A DNA stretch of 64,000 nucleotides, taken from positions 146,818,001 to 146,882,000 of the forward strand of contig NC_086097.1 in the NCBI RefSeq assembly GCF_963921235.1, read 5' to 3'. The notes under the pieces are model-generated. The model saw only the letters and a program-made list of their open reading frames with translations. It was not told where the DNA came from and did no database searches. Shown in pieces: positions 1 to 13,470 of this stretch (the first letter of the stretch is position 1; each line of letters starts with the position of its first letter). The position numbers and the translations under genes are program-made. The DNA is from Mobula hypostoma (Eukaryota).

Positions 1-1170
1 CATATTCAAAACTCTTTTTCTGTAGTTCTGCTGCACCCTTTGCTGTAGTCTCTCATGATATTGCAATGGTCAATGCCTGTTCTAAGGTTAGGTCACTTTC
101 TGATAGTAGCCTCTTTTAAGTGCTTTGACTATGCCTGGCACTTACAAACCTGTCACTTAATGCATCGGAAAGTCCATCTCTAAAGTCACAGTACTGGGAA
201 AGCTTGCATAGTTCTGCAACGTATTCAGCCATGCTTTCATCCTTTGACTGGTTCCTTTTGGAAATCTAAATCTCTCAGCTATTACCAGTGGTTTAGGGCT
301 CCAAAGATTTTGTAAAATTATAACAATTTCATCAAAAGTCTTGCTTTCTGACTTTTCAGGAGTTACTAATTTGCATAAAAGCCTATATGTTTTAGCACCC
401 ATTAAGCTAAGAAGCGTGGATACTTTCTTTTCCTCATCCACGTCATTCATGTTATGGTACAGTTCAACCCTCTTGAAATATGATTCCCCGTCCTCATTTT
501 TTTTTGTGCCATACTCTGCTGGAGCCTCGGCAACCACTTTTTCAAGTGGTTGTCTTGGAGGAAAGATTCTGTGAGTGGTCCCCCACGTCCTTCTCACAGC
601 GCAGTTTTTTTTTTAACGAGGCTGAGTTGCGAGCTTGACACTCAACCCGGCATGGATGGAAATCGTGTCTGGGGGCGGCCTGACTGGGTTCGAACTCAGG
701 AACCTTCGCTCTGGAGTCCGGCGCTGATGTCACTGCACCATCATTAGCTCTATCAAGTTCATCAACTTCCCCAATTAAGGCCATTGTCACGTTTGCTAGT
801 TGTGCATCTCTCACAGTGTACTGTGCACTGTTACTCACAAATGCATTTGTTAATGTCCATGACGGCCTTCTCCATACTGGTGAACTCTTCCTTTTCACTG
901 TCTTTGTTAACTGTCAGTTCCATTGCTGATATTCGCTGACTTTCAGGTTCATAGTTGTCACCAATTCATTGTGTTTGTACAACTACATATCAATTAAAAT
1001 GAAAGCAGGCACAAAGGAGATGGCCTTAACTGGTGTATCCTTATTGCAGTGAGAGAATGAGAGCAATGTGCATGCGTGGACAGCAGATCAGTACGCATAG
1101 GTAAGTTATCTGTCCATATGTAGCGCTAAGGGGAGTCATTGCTCTGAAAGAAATAGATCCATATATTACA
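1..1170 (-). mobile_element. Gypsy-type LTR retrotransposon remnant (putative 5' LTR ~970-1170, PBS, gag N-terminus)
   Basis: Minus-strand MALIGEVDELDRAN...ESYFKRVELY...KVSTLLSLMGAKTYRLL...PKPLVIAERFRF is a gag-like N-terminus. TGGTGAC PBS-like sequence near 957-963 follows a TG...CA bounded segment. Confidence 0.75.
499..740 (-). mobile_element. tRNA-derived SINE inserted in gag
   Basis: A box TGGTGCAGTGA, B box GAGTTCGAACCC, A-tail. TCATT is duplicated at 494-498 and 741-745, and gag resumes across the insertion. Confidence 0.8.
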
Positions 1171-1915
1171 ACTATTATTATTGCTATTATTATTATCTTC
1201 ACCAAAAGTACCAAGTGGATAATATACAGTACCTCAGTCTCATCTTACCAACCTTTACATAAGACACAGAACAGTTTAGCATATTACAGACACTTCAGTT
1301 GTGCAGATATTGTAACTCACTCCAAAATCAATCTAACCCTCCCCCACTAATTTTTGATATATTAGCGAAGAGTCCCTTAAATGTCCTGGACATATCTGCC
1401 TCAACCACTACCCCTGCAGTATGTTCTATGTCCCACTCTATGAGTAAAATTCTTACCTCTGGCATCCTCCCTGTATGTTGAATGTGAGTTGGAAGGAAAC
1501 ATGCAGATGGTAATATTTCCAGATATTGTTGCTCTTTTCTTTTTTGGCAGAGGTGGGAGGGTTGGGAGATATTGCTGACAAAACCTAATTTTAGGGCAGT
1601 ACATAATTTCAATGACTTCTTTATTTTATTTAAGTCCCATTGCAATAAAGGCTAACGTATCACTTTTGTCCTCTAATTTCTTACCATACTTGTATGCTAA
1701 GTTTCCACTTCATAACTAAACTAAATATCCTGAAAGTGCAATAATTTTCTTGCAGCAGTTGGGGAAGGAAATAAATATTTTCTTGTAATGTAAAAAGGTG
1801 ATGATTTATTTGAAGATTGAAAACTGATTTAAACAGCATTGGTGAAGAGAGAAAAAATTAATCTTTTGCATTAACACTTGACTTCTGTTGCTTAACCTAC
1901 TAAATATTAAGTTCA

Positions 1916-3830
1916 TCGTTCAGAATTCAAAGTCAATGTATTGTCACATACCACATACAACCCTGAGATTCAGTTTCATGTGGGCATACACAGTAAATCA
2001 AAGAAACACAATAGAATCAATAAAAGACCACATCTAACAGGATGAACAACCAATCAATGTGCCAAAGACAGCAAATTAGCAAACACAAAAGAGCAAAATA
2101 AATAAATAAATAAATCAGCTCTAATTATGGAGAATATGAGGTGAAGACTTCTTGAAAGTGAGTCCATTGATTGTGGGAGCTGTTCAGTGTTGGGGTGAGT
2201 GAAGTTATCCCCTCTGGTTCAAGTGTCTGATGGTTGAATGGTAGTAACTATTCCTGAAACCGGTGCTGTGGGCCCTGAGGTTCCTCTACCTTCTTCCTGT
2301 TGACAGCAGTGAACTGAGAGTATGGTCTAGGTTGTGGGGATCCTTGATAATTGTTGCTGCTTTCCTTAACAAATATTATAGATGTGCTCACTGGTGGGGA
2401 TATTTTTTTGCCGATGATGGACTGGGATGTATCCACTTTTTTTTTGTAGAATTTTCTGTTCAAGGACATTGTTGTTTCCATATCAGGCTGTGATGCAACC
2501 AGCCAATATACTCTCCATGACACACCTATAGAGATTTGTCAAAGTTTTAGATGTCATGCCGAATCTTCACAAAATTCTAAGAAAGTGGTTTTGAGGGGAT
2601 GATAATGTTGAATGCCGAGCTGTAGTCGATAAAGAGGTGCGTGCATGATATATGCACCTTTGCTGTTCAGATGTTCCAGGGCTGAGTGAAGAGTCGGTGA
2701 TATGGCATCTGCTTCCAAGTGGCTTCTCCGGCCGGAGTTGACTCGAACTCTCAAAACACCTCATCACAAGGGAGGTAAGTGCGACTAGACAATAGTCATC
2801 GAGGCAGGTTACCATGTTCTTCTTAAGCACGGGTATAATTGAAGACTGCTTGAAGCAGGTGGATGCCTTAGACTACTGATGCGAGAGGTAAAAATAGCAG
2901 TGAATACTCCAGCCAGCTGATTAGCACGGTTCTTAGTACTTTCCCTGGTACCCCATCTGGGCCAGATGTTATCTGTCAGTTCACGCTCCTGAAGAATGCT
3001 CTCACGTTGGCCTCAGAGAATGAAATCATGGTGTCATCAGGACCTGGGGAGTTTGTGAACTTTCTTCCATATTTTGACAGTCAAAGAGAGCAGAGAAGAT
3101 ATTCAGCTCATCAGGGAGTGAAGCCTTGTTTTCACTTATGTTACTTGATTTCACTTTGCAAGAAGTGAGAGCATTCAAGCCATGCTACAGCTGCCAAGCA
3201 TCCTTCAGTAATCCATGTTTGGTCTGGAATTGCCACTTCACTCGATATGTCTCTCTGGAGATTGTAACTGGACCTCTTGTATCTTACTTGGTCACCAGAC
3301 CTATATGCCACTGATCTGGCCCTCAGCTGATTGTGGATCTCATGGTTCATCCAGGACTTCCGTTTGGGGCAGACTCTGGATGATTTTGTGGGGACCCACT
3401 CATCTACAGCTGTTTTTATAAAGACTGATAACTGTGGTGTATTCATTCAGGTCCTCTGATGTGTCCTTGAACACAGCCTAGTCCACCAACTCAAAGCCCT
3501 CCTGTAGCTACTCCTCTGCCTCCTGTGACCATCTTTTTGTTGTTCTTATCTCTGGAGCCTTGCTCTTTACTCTCTGCCTGTATGCAGGGAGGAGAAGAAC
3601 AGCCAAGTGATCAGATTTCCCGAAGTGTTGTCTGGCATGGAATGGTAGGCATTCCTTATGGTGGTATAGCATTGTCGAGTATGTTGGGATATGCTGTTGA
3701 TAACTGAGCAGCGATTTCTTCGAACAAGCATGACTGAAGTCCCCGACTATGATTTAAAATGCATCAGGGTGGGTTGTTTCTTGTTTGGTGATGGCAGCAT
3801 TCAATATGTCAAGTGTCTGAAAAACACTGG
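1916..3830 (-). mobile_element. Rex1/Babar LINE, decayed
   Basis: Minus ORF fragments KKNMVTCLDDYCLVALTSLVMRCFE and FIKTAVDEWVPTK, plus a Rex1-type 3' UTR. Confidence 0.85.
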
Positions 3831-3879
3831 TCCTGTTTTATTATCACCACCGTAATTTCAAATTCCCAGCATCCACAAA

Positions 3880-6130
3880 AATATGCTACACCACCATCAA
3901 GAATGCCTACCATGCGATTCCACACTCTCACTTCGGGAAGTCTGATCACCTGGCTGTACTTCCACTCCCTGAGTAGAGGCGGAGACTGAAGACTTTAGTA
4001 CCAGTAGTGAGGACCAAGGAGGTATTGTCAAGGGAAGCACAGGAACGCCTACAGGACTGCTTTGAATCAGTGGACTGGACTGTATTCAGGGATTCATCTT
4101 CGAACCCGGATGAGTATGTTGCAGTTGTTACCTACTTCATTAAAACCTGTGTGGATGAGTGTGTGCCTACAAAGACTTACTGTACATTCCCAAACCAAAA
4201 GCCATGGATTAACCAGAAGGTACGTCATCTGCTGAAGGCTAGATCTGTGGCATTCAAGTCTGGCGACCCAGGTCTGTACCAGAAAACCAAGTATGATTTG
4301 CGGAGGGCTACATCAAGGGCGAAGAGTCAATTTCGAATGAGGTGACATCAGATGCACGGCAACTCTGGTGGGGTTTGCGAGACATTACTTCCTACAAAGT
4401 GAAACCCAATAACATGAATGGCAGCGATGCTTCACTACCAGATGAACTCAATGGCTTCTATGCCTGCTTTGAAAGGGAGAACACAACTAGAGGTGTGAAG
4501 ATCCCTGCTTCACCTGATGATCCTGTGATCTCTGTCTCAGAGGCCGATGTAAGGGTGCCTCTAAAGACAGTGAACCCTCGCAAGGCGGAAGGTCCTGATG
4601 GTAAGGCTCTGAAAACCTGTGTCAACCAATTAGCGGGAGTATTCAAAGACATTTTCAACCTCTCACTGCTATGGGCGGAAGTTCCCACTTGCTTCAAAAA
4701 GGCAACAGTTATACCAGTGGCTAAGAAGAATAACGTGGGCTGCCTTAATGACTATCACCTGGTAGCACTCACCTGGACAGTGATGAAATGCTTTGAGAGG
4801 TTGGCCATGACTAGACTGAACTCCTGCCTCAGCAAGGACCTGGACCATTGCAATTTGCCTATTGCCACAATAGGTCAATGGCAGACACAATCTCAATGGC
4901 TCCCCACACGGCTTTAGACCACTTGGACAACACAAACACCTATGTCAGGATGCTGTTCATCGACTATAGCTCAGCATTTAATACCATTATTCCCACATTC
5001 CTGATTGAGAAGTTGCAGAACCTGGGCCTCTGTACCTCCCTCTGCAATTGGATCCTTGACTTCCTAAACGGAAGACCACAATCTGTGCAGATCCTTCTCG
5101 CTGACAATCAACACCGGCGCACCTGAGGGGTGTGTGCTTAGCCCACTGCTCTACTCTCTATATACACATGACTGTGTGGCTAGGCATAGATCAAATACCA
5201 TCTATAAATTTGCTGACGATACAACCATTGTTGGTAGAATCTCAGGTGGTGATGAGAGGGTGTACAGGAGTGGGATATATCAACTAGTGGAGTGGTGCCA
5301 CAGCAACAACAGGGTACTCAATGTCAGTAAGATGAAAGAGCTGATTGTGGACTTCTGGAAGGATAAGATGGAGGAACACATACCAATCCTCATAGAGGGA
5401 TCAGAAGTGGAGAGAGTGAGCAGTTTCAAGTTCCTGGGTATCAAGGTCTCTGAGGATCTAACATGGTCCCAACATATCAATGTAGTTATTAAGAAGGAAA
5501 GACAGTGGCTAAACTTTATTAGGAGTTTGAAGAGATTTGGCATGTCAACAAATATACTCAAAAACCTCTATAGATGTACCGTGGAGAGCAGTCTGACAGG
5601 CTGCATCACTGTCTGGTATGGAGGGGTTACTACACAGGACCAAAAGAAGCTGCAGAGGGTTGTAAATCTAGTCGGCTTCATCTTGGGTACTAGCCCACAA
5701 AGTACCCAGGACATCTTCAGGGAGCAGTGTCTCAGAAAGGCATCGTCCATTATTAAGGACCTTCAGCACCCAGGGCATGCCCTTTTCTCACTGTTACCAT
5801 CAACTAGGAGGTACAGAAGCCAGAAGGCACACACTCAGCGATTCAGGAACAGCTTCTTCCCCTCTGCCATCCGACTCCTGAATGGACATTGAACCCACGG
5901 ACACTACCTCACTTTTTTTAAATATACAGTATTTCTGCTTTTTAGCACGTTTTCAAAAAATCTATTCAATGTATGTATACTGTAATTGATTGATTGATTT
6001 ATTATTATTTATTTTTTTCTCTCTTCTAGATTATGTATTGCATTGAACTGCTGCTGCTAAGTAAACAAATTTCACGTCACATGCCAGTGATAATAAACCT
6101 GATTCTGATTCTGATTCTTCTGATTCTGAT
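3880..6130 (+). mobile_element. Rex1/Babar LINE, 5'-truncated, frameshifted RT
   Basis: ORFs 4007-5892 ([38 protein letters not shown]) and a (GATTCT)n tail at ~6100-6130. Confidence 0.93.
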
Positions 6131-6499
6131 GTTTGTTTTCCAGTCACTCAGCTTTCAAATAATATTCTGATTTGATATTTATCCTGCCAAAGTAGGATTA
6201 CAAGTAGCTGTGTCTCAAACAGTGGTCCTCTTTAACAATGCAAAAACTTGTCAATAAACCATTTATCCCTAAGTTCAAACTTCTATCCATTTGCCAATCT
6301 TTAATATATATCAAGTTAGCACCTTTAATCTCATATTTATCAAATTACTTTTTGTGCGGCGTATTATGAAAATTATTATATCCGGTGCACCTCATTTGAA
6401 ATATGACCTTTTTCCTTTATGTAGCCTATTAGATACACTTCATGAAAATGCTAGCAGATTTTTCAAACACGTTATCCTTTTACAACTTTCTCTTGTCAC

Positions 6500-8030
6500 T
6501 GCTGTATAATGACTTTTCACGCTGTAACCATGAGCCCAGTAGAACAGTCTGGCAAATCCCCTCCCACTGATGTCAATGGTAGTGCAAATGGTAGCGATAT
6601 GGACAATAATAGCCAGAGTATGGAAGGGGTTGGAAGGGACAGAGTGCAAGGCACAGAAGCAGATAGAATCAAAGGAGGGAATAAAGGTAAAAGTAAAAAT
6701 TAAAACGTATCTGAATACACAACACATTCATAACCAAGATGAATTAAAGGCACAAATAAAGATAGATTTGTATGATTTGATGATCTTTTTAAAGGTTATC
6801 TTGAGTAATCAAGGCTGGAACAGAATATCATGGGGTATTTGACATTTTAGAAGAATGTTATATTGTGAAAGAAAGTGAAACATTTGATTAGTAAGGGTAT
6901 GGTTACAGCAATGGTGGAAATGATTTTGGCTCTAACGATCAAGAAATTGAGTCTATTTAGTTGAAAGTAGAAAAGAGCAAGGGAAAAAAATCATGATTGG
7001 GTGTATCATATAGACGAGCTAACAATAATGAGTGATTGCATCTGAGGTAATTTGATAACCATGGTGACTAACATTCACATACATTGAACTAATCATTTTG
7101 GCAGAGGTACTCCAGTGGGTAAGTTTATGGAAAGCATTCAAGGCTGCTGACAGCGTATGATGAGTGAACTCCTAGAAAAGTGTCCTCTGAGAAAGAATGG
7201 CAGAACTTCATGCTCACTTTGAGAGGACCAAACTTGGGCTGAAAACTGAGGTCAAAGACATAGATATAAAGTAAGAATTGGCTAAAGTGAACTGGTAAAC
7301 ATAACGAATATTATCAGCGCGTAAAGAAATACTTTACAATTATCAAAAAAACATGCTATTATGGAAAAGAAAATGAGTTCTACAGGGCAAATGGAAAATT
7401 GGTAACAAAACAGGATCTCGTGTGCAAAAATAAGCGATAACAACAGGTGATCACCTGTATTGAGGGCACATAAAATTGACATTTCAGGATGATGAAGATA
7501 CTATTGTGGTTGATGAGATCTCCAAGATTAATTAGACTAGTAGTCTGATAGTCTATGTAACTGATTGAATGATTAACTGTGTGCACAATGTAAGAATATA
7601 TATGTAAATTTGTATATGTAAATAACTGATGACTTCTATGTTTGCTTTCCTTTTAAAAAGGAAGCATATGGTACATAATATATCTAGAACTGAGTTAACC
7701 ATGTGGTATGTCTTTGATGTACTGTCATATTCACCGCTACTGTCAGTTAAAGGATTTACTGCCCTCCATAAAGGATGGTCTCTTGATACATCTTTCTCAA
7801 TCATTTTCCTCTGTAAACAGCTGCAATAAAGAGCCTAGAGATGCTGAATAATTTAATCTATTTAGAGTTGTTATAAAAAGACTTCAGGGGAATCAAAACT
7901 TATGTGATCAGGCAGGAGAGCACAATAGACAACAATGATTAAATCAGCTACAGTTTTATTGAGCGGTGGAGCAAGGTCAAGGTGTTGTACGTCCGACTGC
8001 TGCTTCCATCTCTTATATTCTTACATCTTA
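6500..8030 (+). mobile_element. Old, highly decayed CR1 fragments
   Basis: Endonuclease-like remnants (KIKTYLNTQHIHNQDEL) and a CR1-like 3' end near 7830-8030. Confidence 0.55.
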
Positions 8031-10499
8031 TGACACAAATAAACATGCTGAGACACCTGAGCAGGCAGTTAAGTATTAATTATACTAGTAGTGGAAGAGA
8101 GTGTTATATGGGCCAGAGTGTGGAGAGTTGCCAGTACAAGTGAAGAAACAGTAAACTGGTGAAGAATTTAAGGCAATGCTCTGCTCCTTTGCCACTTTTA
8201 CTAGAATGAGGCTCTTATTTCCAGATTTTAAAAAGATGTTCAAGTTCTTAAACTGCCCTCATGTGAAGAATTTGCCATTTCAGGATTACAGTTCAGAAAC
8301 ATAACAAATATGATCTAGATGGCACAGGTCGTTTCATATAAGAATTCTCAAAGTACATTATGACTTTGCTGTATAGCAAGGTAATGAGAAATTCACTATC
8401 ACTGATGATTGTTATGATGTGAAATTGCCCTACCAGAAACAGGGGTGAGGGCAGAACTTTTATTTGCATGTTAAGGAGAAACTGATAGATATTTGAAAAA
8501 GGGAAATGGAAAACACTGTAAGAGAAATGTACTGAGCCAAATGTTGTCTGTTCTTGCTGTAAAGTTACATATCCTTTGACTAAAGGGTAAGATTTTACTA
8601 GACTGGAACTGATTGTTGACTGTGGTGTAGTATCTATTATTAAGGAGAAGGTGCTCTGGGTAGCTGAAAGGTCTGAATGCTGGTAGTCACCTGGATCAGA
8701 TCAACTATACCACAGAGCTAGTTGAAGAGATTGTGGAGGCATTAGTAGTGATTTTTCAAAAATCACTACATTTAACCAATCTCCTTCAGAAGATAATTGG
8801 CAGGACAGCCTTTTTTAAACTATGCTCCTAAGCTGTGGAAATCAATACTTAAAATTAAAATGGATGCAGACTCAATTGATACTTTTCAACACCAGCTCAA
8901 AACCTATTTACTTAATCTTGCTTTTAATTAACGTCTTTTATTTTCATGTTTATAATTTTATTCCATTTTAAAGCACATTGAACTACATTATCTCCATTAA
9001 AAGTGCTCTATAAATAAAGTTGTTATTTTTATTATTGTATTTTTATTTTTTTCTGAGCTCAAGCTGGTAAAACCTGAGGTCTGGACATAGCCAAGCAGAT
9101 GCACTTCTCAATTGCTAGGAACCTTCGGACTATTCTAGTGATGTTTAGTACTGTGGCATAATCAAAGATCCCACCCACCCTGGAAGTTCTCTCTTCTCCT
9201 TTCATTGGATAGAAGATTGAATAGAAATGCAGTTATGACCTCTAGAAAGCTATCTGATGAGTGAAGTAGAAGTTCCAGACTAGACTTGAGTTAACAAGGG
9301 ATGCTTGCCAGCTTTGGCAGAGTTTGCATGCCATAACCTCCCACAAAGCTAAATCATATGACATAGGGGACAGCAGAGCTTCGCTTCCAGATGAGCTCAA
9401 TGCCTTCTATGTTCACTTTGACCACTAGAACAGGGAGGAACCATCGTGCACCCCCATGTCTCCCAATGATCCTTTGGTATCTGAAGATGACGTTCAGGCT
9501 GCCTTCAAGAGAGGAATCCAAGGAAATCATTTGGTCTGAATGGAGTACCTGGCTTAGTTCTGAAGACCTGTGCTGATCGACTGGCTGGTGAATTCATGGA
9601 TATCTTCAAGTTCTTGTTCTAGCAGTGCATGGTACCCACCTGAATCAAGCAAGCTTCAATCATATCAGTGCCCAAGAAGAGCATGGTAATCTATCTCAGT
9701 GACTATTGCCCAGTGGCACTTACATCCACAGTGATGAAGTGTTTTGAGAGGCTGGTATTGAAGCATATCAGCTCCTGTCTGAGTGGCTCCAAATCACCTA
9801 TTGAAGTAACAGGTCTACAGCAGATGCCATCTCATAGGCTCATCACACAATCCTGCAACATCTGGACAGCAAGGATGCATGCATCAGGATGCCCTTTATC
9901 AATTACAGCTCAGCATTTAATACCATCATCCTCTCAAAACTAATCAGTAAATTCCAAGTCCTGGGCCTCAGTACCTCTCTCGTGCAATTGGATCCTGGAT
10001 TTCCTCACTTGTAGATCCCAGTCAGTTAGATCAGTAAAAACATCTCCTCCGCAATCTCCATCAGCAAAAGAACACTACAGCTCTACTCGCTTTACACCTG
10101 TGACCGTGGGGCTAAGTACAGCTCCAGCACCATATACAAGTTTGCTGATGATACCACTGTTGTGGGTCATATCAAAGGTGATGATGAATCAGAATAAAGG
10201 AGGGAGAATAAAATTTTGGCTGGGTGGTGTTATAACAACAACCTCTCATTTAATGTCAATAAGACCAAGGAACTGATTGTCAACTTCAGGAGAGGGAAAC
10301 CAGAAGTCCATGAGCCAGTAATCATCAGAGGATCAGAGGTGAAGAGGATCACAGTAACTTTAAATTTCTGGTTGTCACTATCTCAGAGGACCTGTCCTGG
10401 ACCCATCATATAAATATAATTGCAAGGAAAGAAAACAGCACCTTTACTTCTTTAGGAGTCTGTGGTGATTCGGTATGTCATCGAAAACCTTGACAAACT

Positions 10500-11094
10500 C
10501 ATCTCGTTGTATATTGCAATTGTTACATTAATGGCTAGAAGATCCATTTTGCTGAATTGGAAAGAGATTAATCCTCCCACCACATTTCATTGGTTCTCTC
10601 AAACTATGTTGTGTTTAAATTTAGAAAAAATCGGAAGTGTCATTTATGATCCTTCTATTAAATTTGAAAAGTCTTGGAGGCCATTTATTCAATACTTCCA
10701 TATGATGTAATTTGACCTTTTCCAAACATGTTCTATTACTTCTAAATATATGGAGAGAGGAGTGGAGTTAATGACTCTAATGGTCTTATTTGACGTAATA
10801 CAACAGCCCATGTCTTTTTCTTTTCTTTAGTTTAGTTGATTAGTATTGTTAGAATAGTTTTCTTTTTGGGGCATTTTGTTTTTTTTTCCTTTTCTTTTTT
10901 CATGCTACTTCTGCATTTTTTTTCTTATATTATATTCGTATTCTGTAAGATCTTGGGAGGTTTAATATCCATGTGTTAACTGAGTTTGTATTTATATATG
11001 CTAATTATTAACAATGTAATCCCAATAGCTTTGTATTAATACTACATTATGTTTAACATTTTGATATTAATAAAAAGCTTGGAAAAGAAAGAAA
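10500..11094 (+). mobile_element. L1-clade LINE 3' fragment
   Basis: ORF2 C-terminus ARRSILLNWKEINPPT...LEKI...WRPFIQYF, T-rich 3' UTR, AATAAA and A-rich tail. 17-bp TSD with one mismatch, gaaaaccttg(a/g)caaact, at 10483-10499 and 11095-11111. Confidence 0.85.
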
Positions 11095-11409
11095 GAAAAC
11101 CTTGGCAAACTTCTATAGATGTGTGGTGGAAAGTGTGCTGACTGGCTGCATTATGGCCTGGTATGGGAACACCAATGCCTTTCATCTGAAAGTCCTACAA
11201 AAGTTTATAGATTTGGCCCAGTACATCATGGGTAAAACCCTGCCAACCATTGAACACATCTACATGAAATGTTGCTGTACAAAAGCTGCATTCATCGCCA
11301 AAGGTCCTCACCGCCCACGCCATGCTCCTTTCTCGCTGCTGCCACCAGGTAGAAGGTATAAGTGCCTGAGGACTCACACCATCAGATTCAAGAAAGTACC
11401 TACACCTCC

Positions 11410-13470
11410 GTGAGTGTGAGGAGAGCCAGCCTTGGATAAATAAGGAAATAAAAGATAGTATCAAATTAAAAGCTCGTGTACAAAGTCGCAAAGGGTAGTG
11501 GGGGACTGGAGGATTGGGAAAACTTTAGAAAGCAATAGAGAACAACTAAACCTAAAAGGGAAGATAGAGTATGAAAGTAAATCAGCACAAAATATAAAAA
11601 CAGATAGCAAAAGTTTTTTATAAATATATAAAGCGGAAGAGGGTGGCTAATGTCAACGTAGGTCCCTTGGAAGACGAGAAATGGTAATTGATATTGGGTG
11701 ATAAGGAAATGGCTGAGGCATTGAACGACTATTTTGTGTCGGTCTTCACGGTGGAGAACACGTCTAATATACCAAAGAAGGATGTTATAGACAAAATGGG
11801 AGGTGAGGACCTCGAAAAAATCACTGTCACTAATGAGATAGTGATGAGAAAACTAGAAGGCCTGAAGGTAGATAAGTCCCCTGGTCCTGATGGGATGCAT
11901 CCCAGGGTGTTGAAGGAATTGGCAGAGGTTATAGTAGACGCGCTGGTAATCATTTATCAAAACTCTCTAGTCTTTGGGCAGGTCCCAGCCGATTGGAAGA
12001 TAGCAAATGTCATGCCACTTTTTAAAAAAGGATGTAGGCAAAAGATGGACAACTATAGGCCAGTTAGCTTAACATCTGTAGTCGGGAAAATGGATGAAGC
12101 TGTCATTAAGGAAGAAATAGCGAAACATTTAGAAAAGAGTGGTTCCATTAGACAGACACAGCATGGATTCAGAAAGGGCAGGTCCTGTTTGACAAACTTA
12201 CTGGAGTACTTTGAGGACATAATGAGTGCAGTGGATAGAGGGCAGCAGGTGGATGTCGTATACTTGGATTTCCAGAAGGCATTCGATAAGGTGCCACACA
12301 AGAGACTTATATATAAGATACAGATGCATGGAGTCAGAGGAAGTTTATTGGCATGGATAGTGGATTGGTTAACCAATAGAAGGCAGAGAGTTGGTATAAA
12401 TGGGTGTTTCTCCGACTGGCAGTCAGTGGTGAGTGGGGTGCCACAGGGGTCAGTCCTGGGCCCACAGATGTTTACCATTTACATTGATGATTTGGAAGAG
12501 GGGACTGAGTATAACGTAGCAAAATTTGGCTGATGACACTAAACTGAGTGGAAAAGCAAATTGTACAGAGGATGTGGAGAATCTGCAGAGGGATATAGAT
12601 AGGTTAAGTGAGTGGGCCAAAGTCTGGCAGATGGAATACAATGTTGGTAAATGCGAGATCATCCACTTTGGAAGGAATAATAGAAGAGCTGATTATTATT
12701 TAAATAGTGAAAGACTGCAGCATGCTGATGTGAAGAGGGACTTAGGAGTGCTTGTTCATGAATCGCAAGAAGTTGGCTTGCAGGTACAACAGGTTATTAA
12801 GAAGGCAAACAAAATGTTGGTCTTCATTACTAGAGGGATTGAATTCAAGAGCAGGGAAGTCATGCTGCGACTATACAGGGTACTGGTGAGGCTGCACCTG
12901 GAGTACTGTGTGCAGTTCTGGTCTCCATACTTGAGGAAGGATATACTGGCTTTGGAGGCAGTACAGAGGAGGTTCACCAGGTTGATTCCAGAGATGAAGG
13001 GGTTAACCTATGAGGATAGATTGAGTCACCTGGGACTGTACTCTCTGGAATTCAGAAGAATGAGAGGGGATCTTATAGAAACATACAAAATTTTGAAAGG
13101 GATAGATAAGATAGAAGTAGGAAAGTTGTTTCCATTGGTAGGTGAGACTAGAACTAGGGGACATTGCCTCAAGATTCAGGGGAGAAGATTTAGGACAGAG
13201 ACGAAGAGAAACTGTTTTTCCCAGAGAGTGGTGAATCTGTGGAATTCTCTGCCCAGGGAAGCATCTACCTGCCTTTTCCCCATAACCCTTAAATATATTT
13301 AAGAAACATTTAGATGGGTTTTTGCATAGTAAGAGAATTAAGGGTTATGGGGAAAAGGCAGGTAGATGGAGCTGAGTTTATGGACAGATCAGCCATGATC
13401 TTATTGAATGGCGGGGCAGGCTCGATGGGCTGGATGGCCTACTCTGGCTCCTATTTCTTATGTTCTTCTG
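11410..13470 (+). mobile_element. CR1 LINE, 5'-truncated (RT)
   Basis: ORFs 11688-12533 and 12526-13302 contain [22 protein letters not shown] and ADDTKL; CR1 3' end present. Confidence 0.95.
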
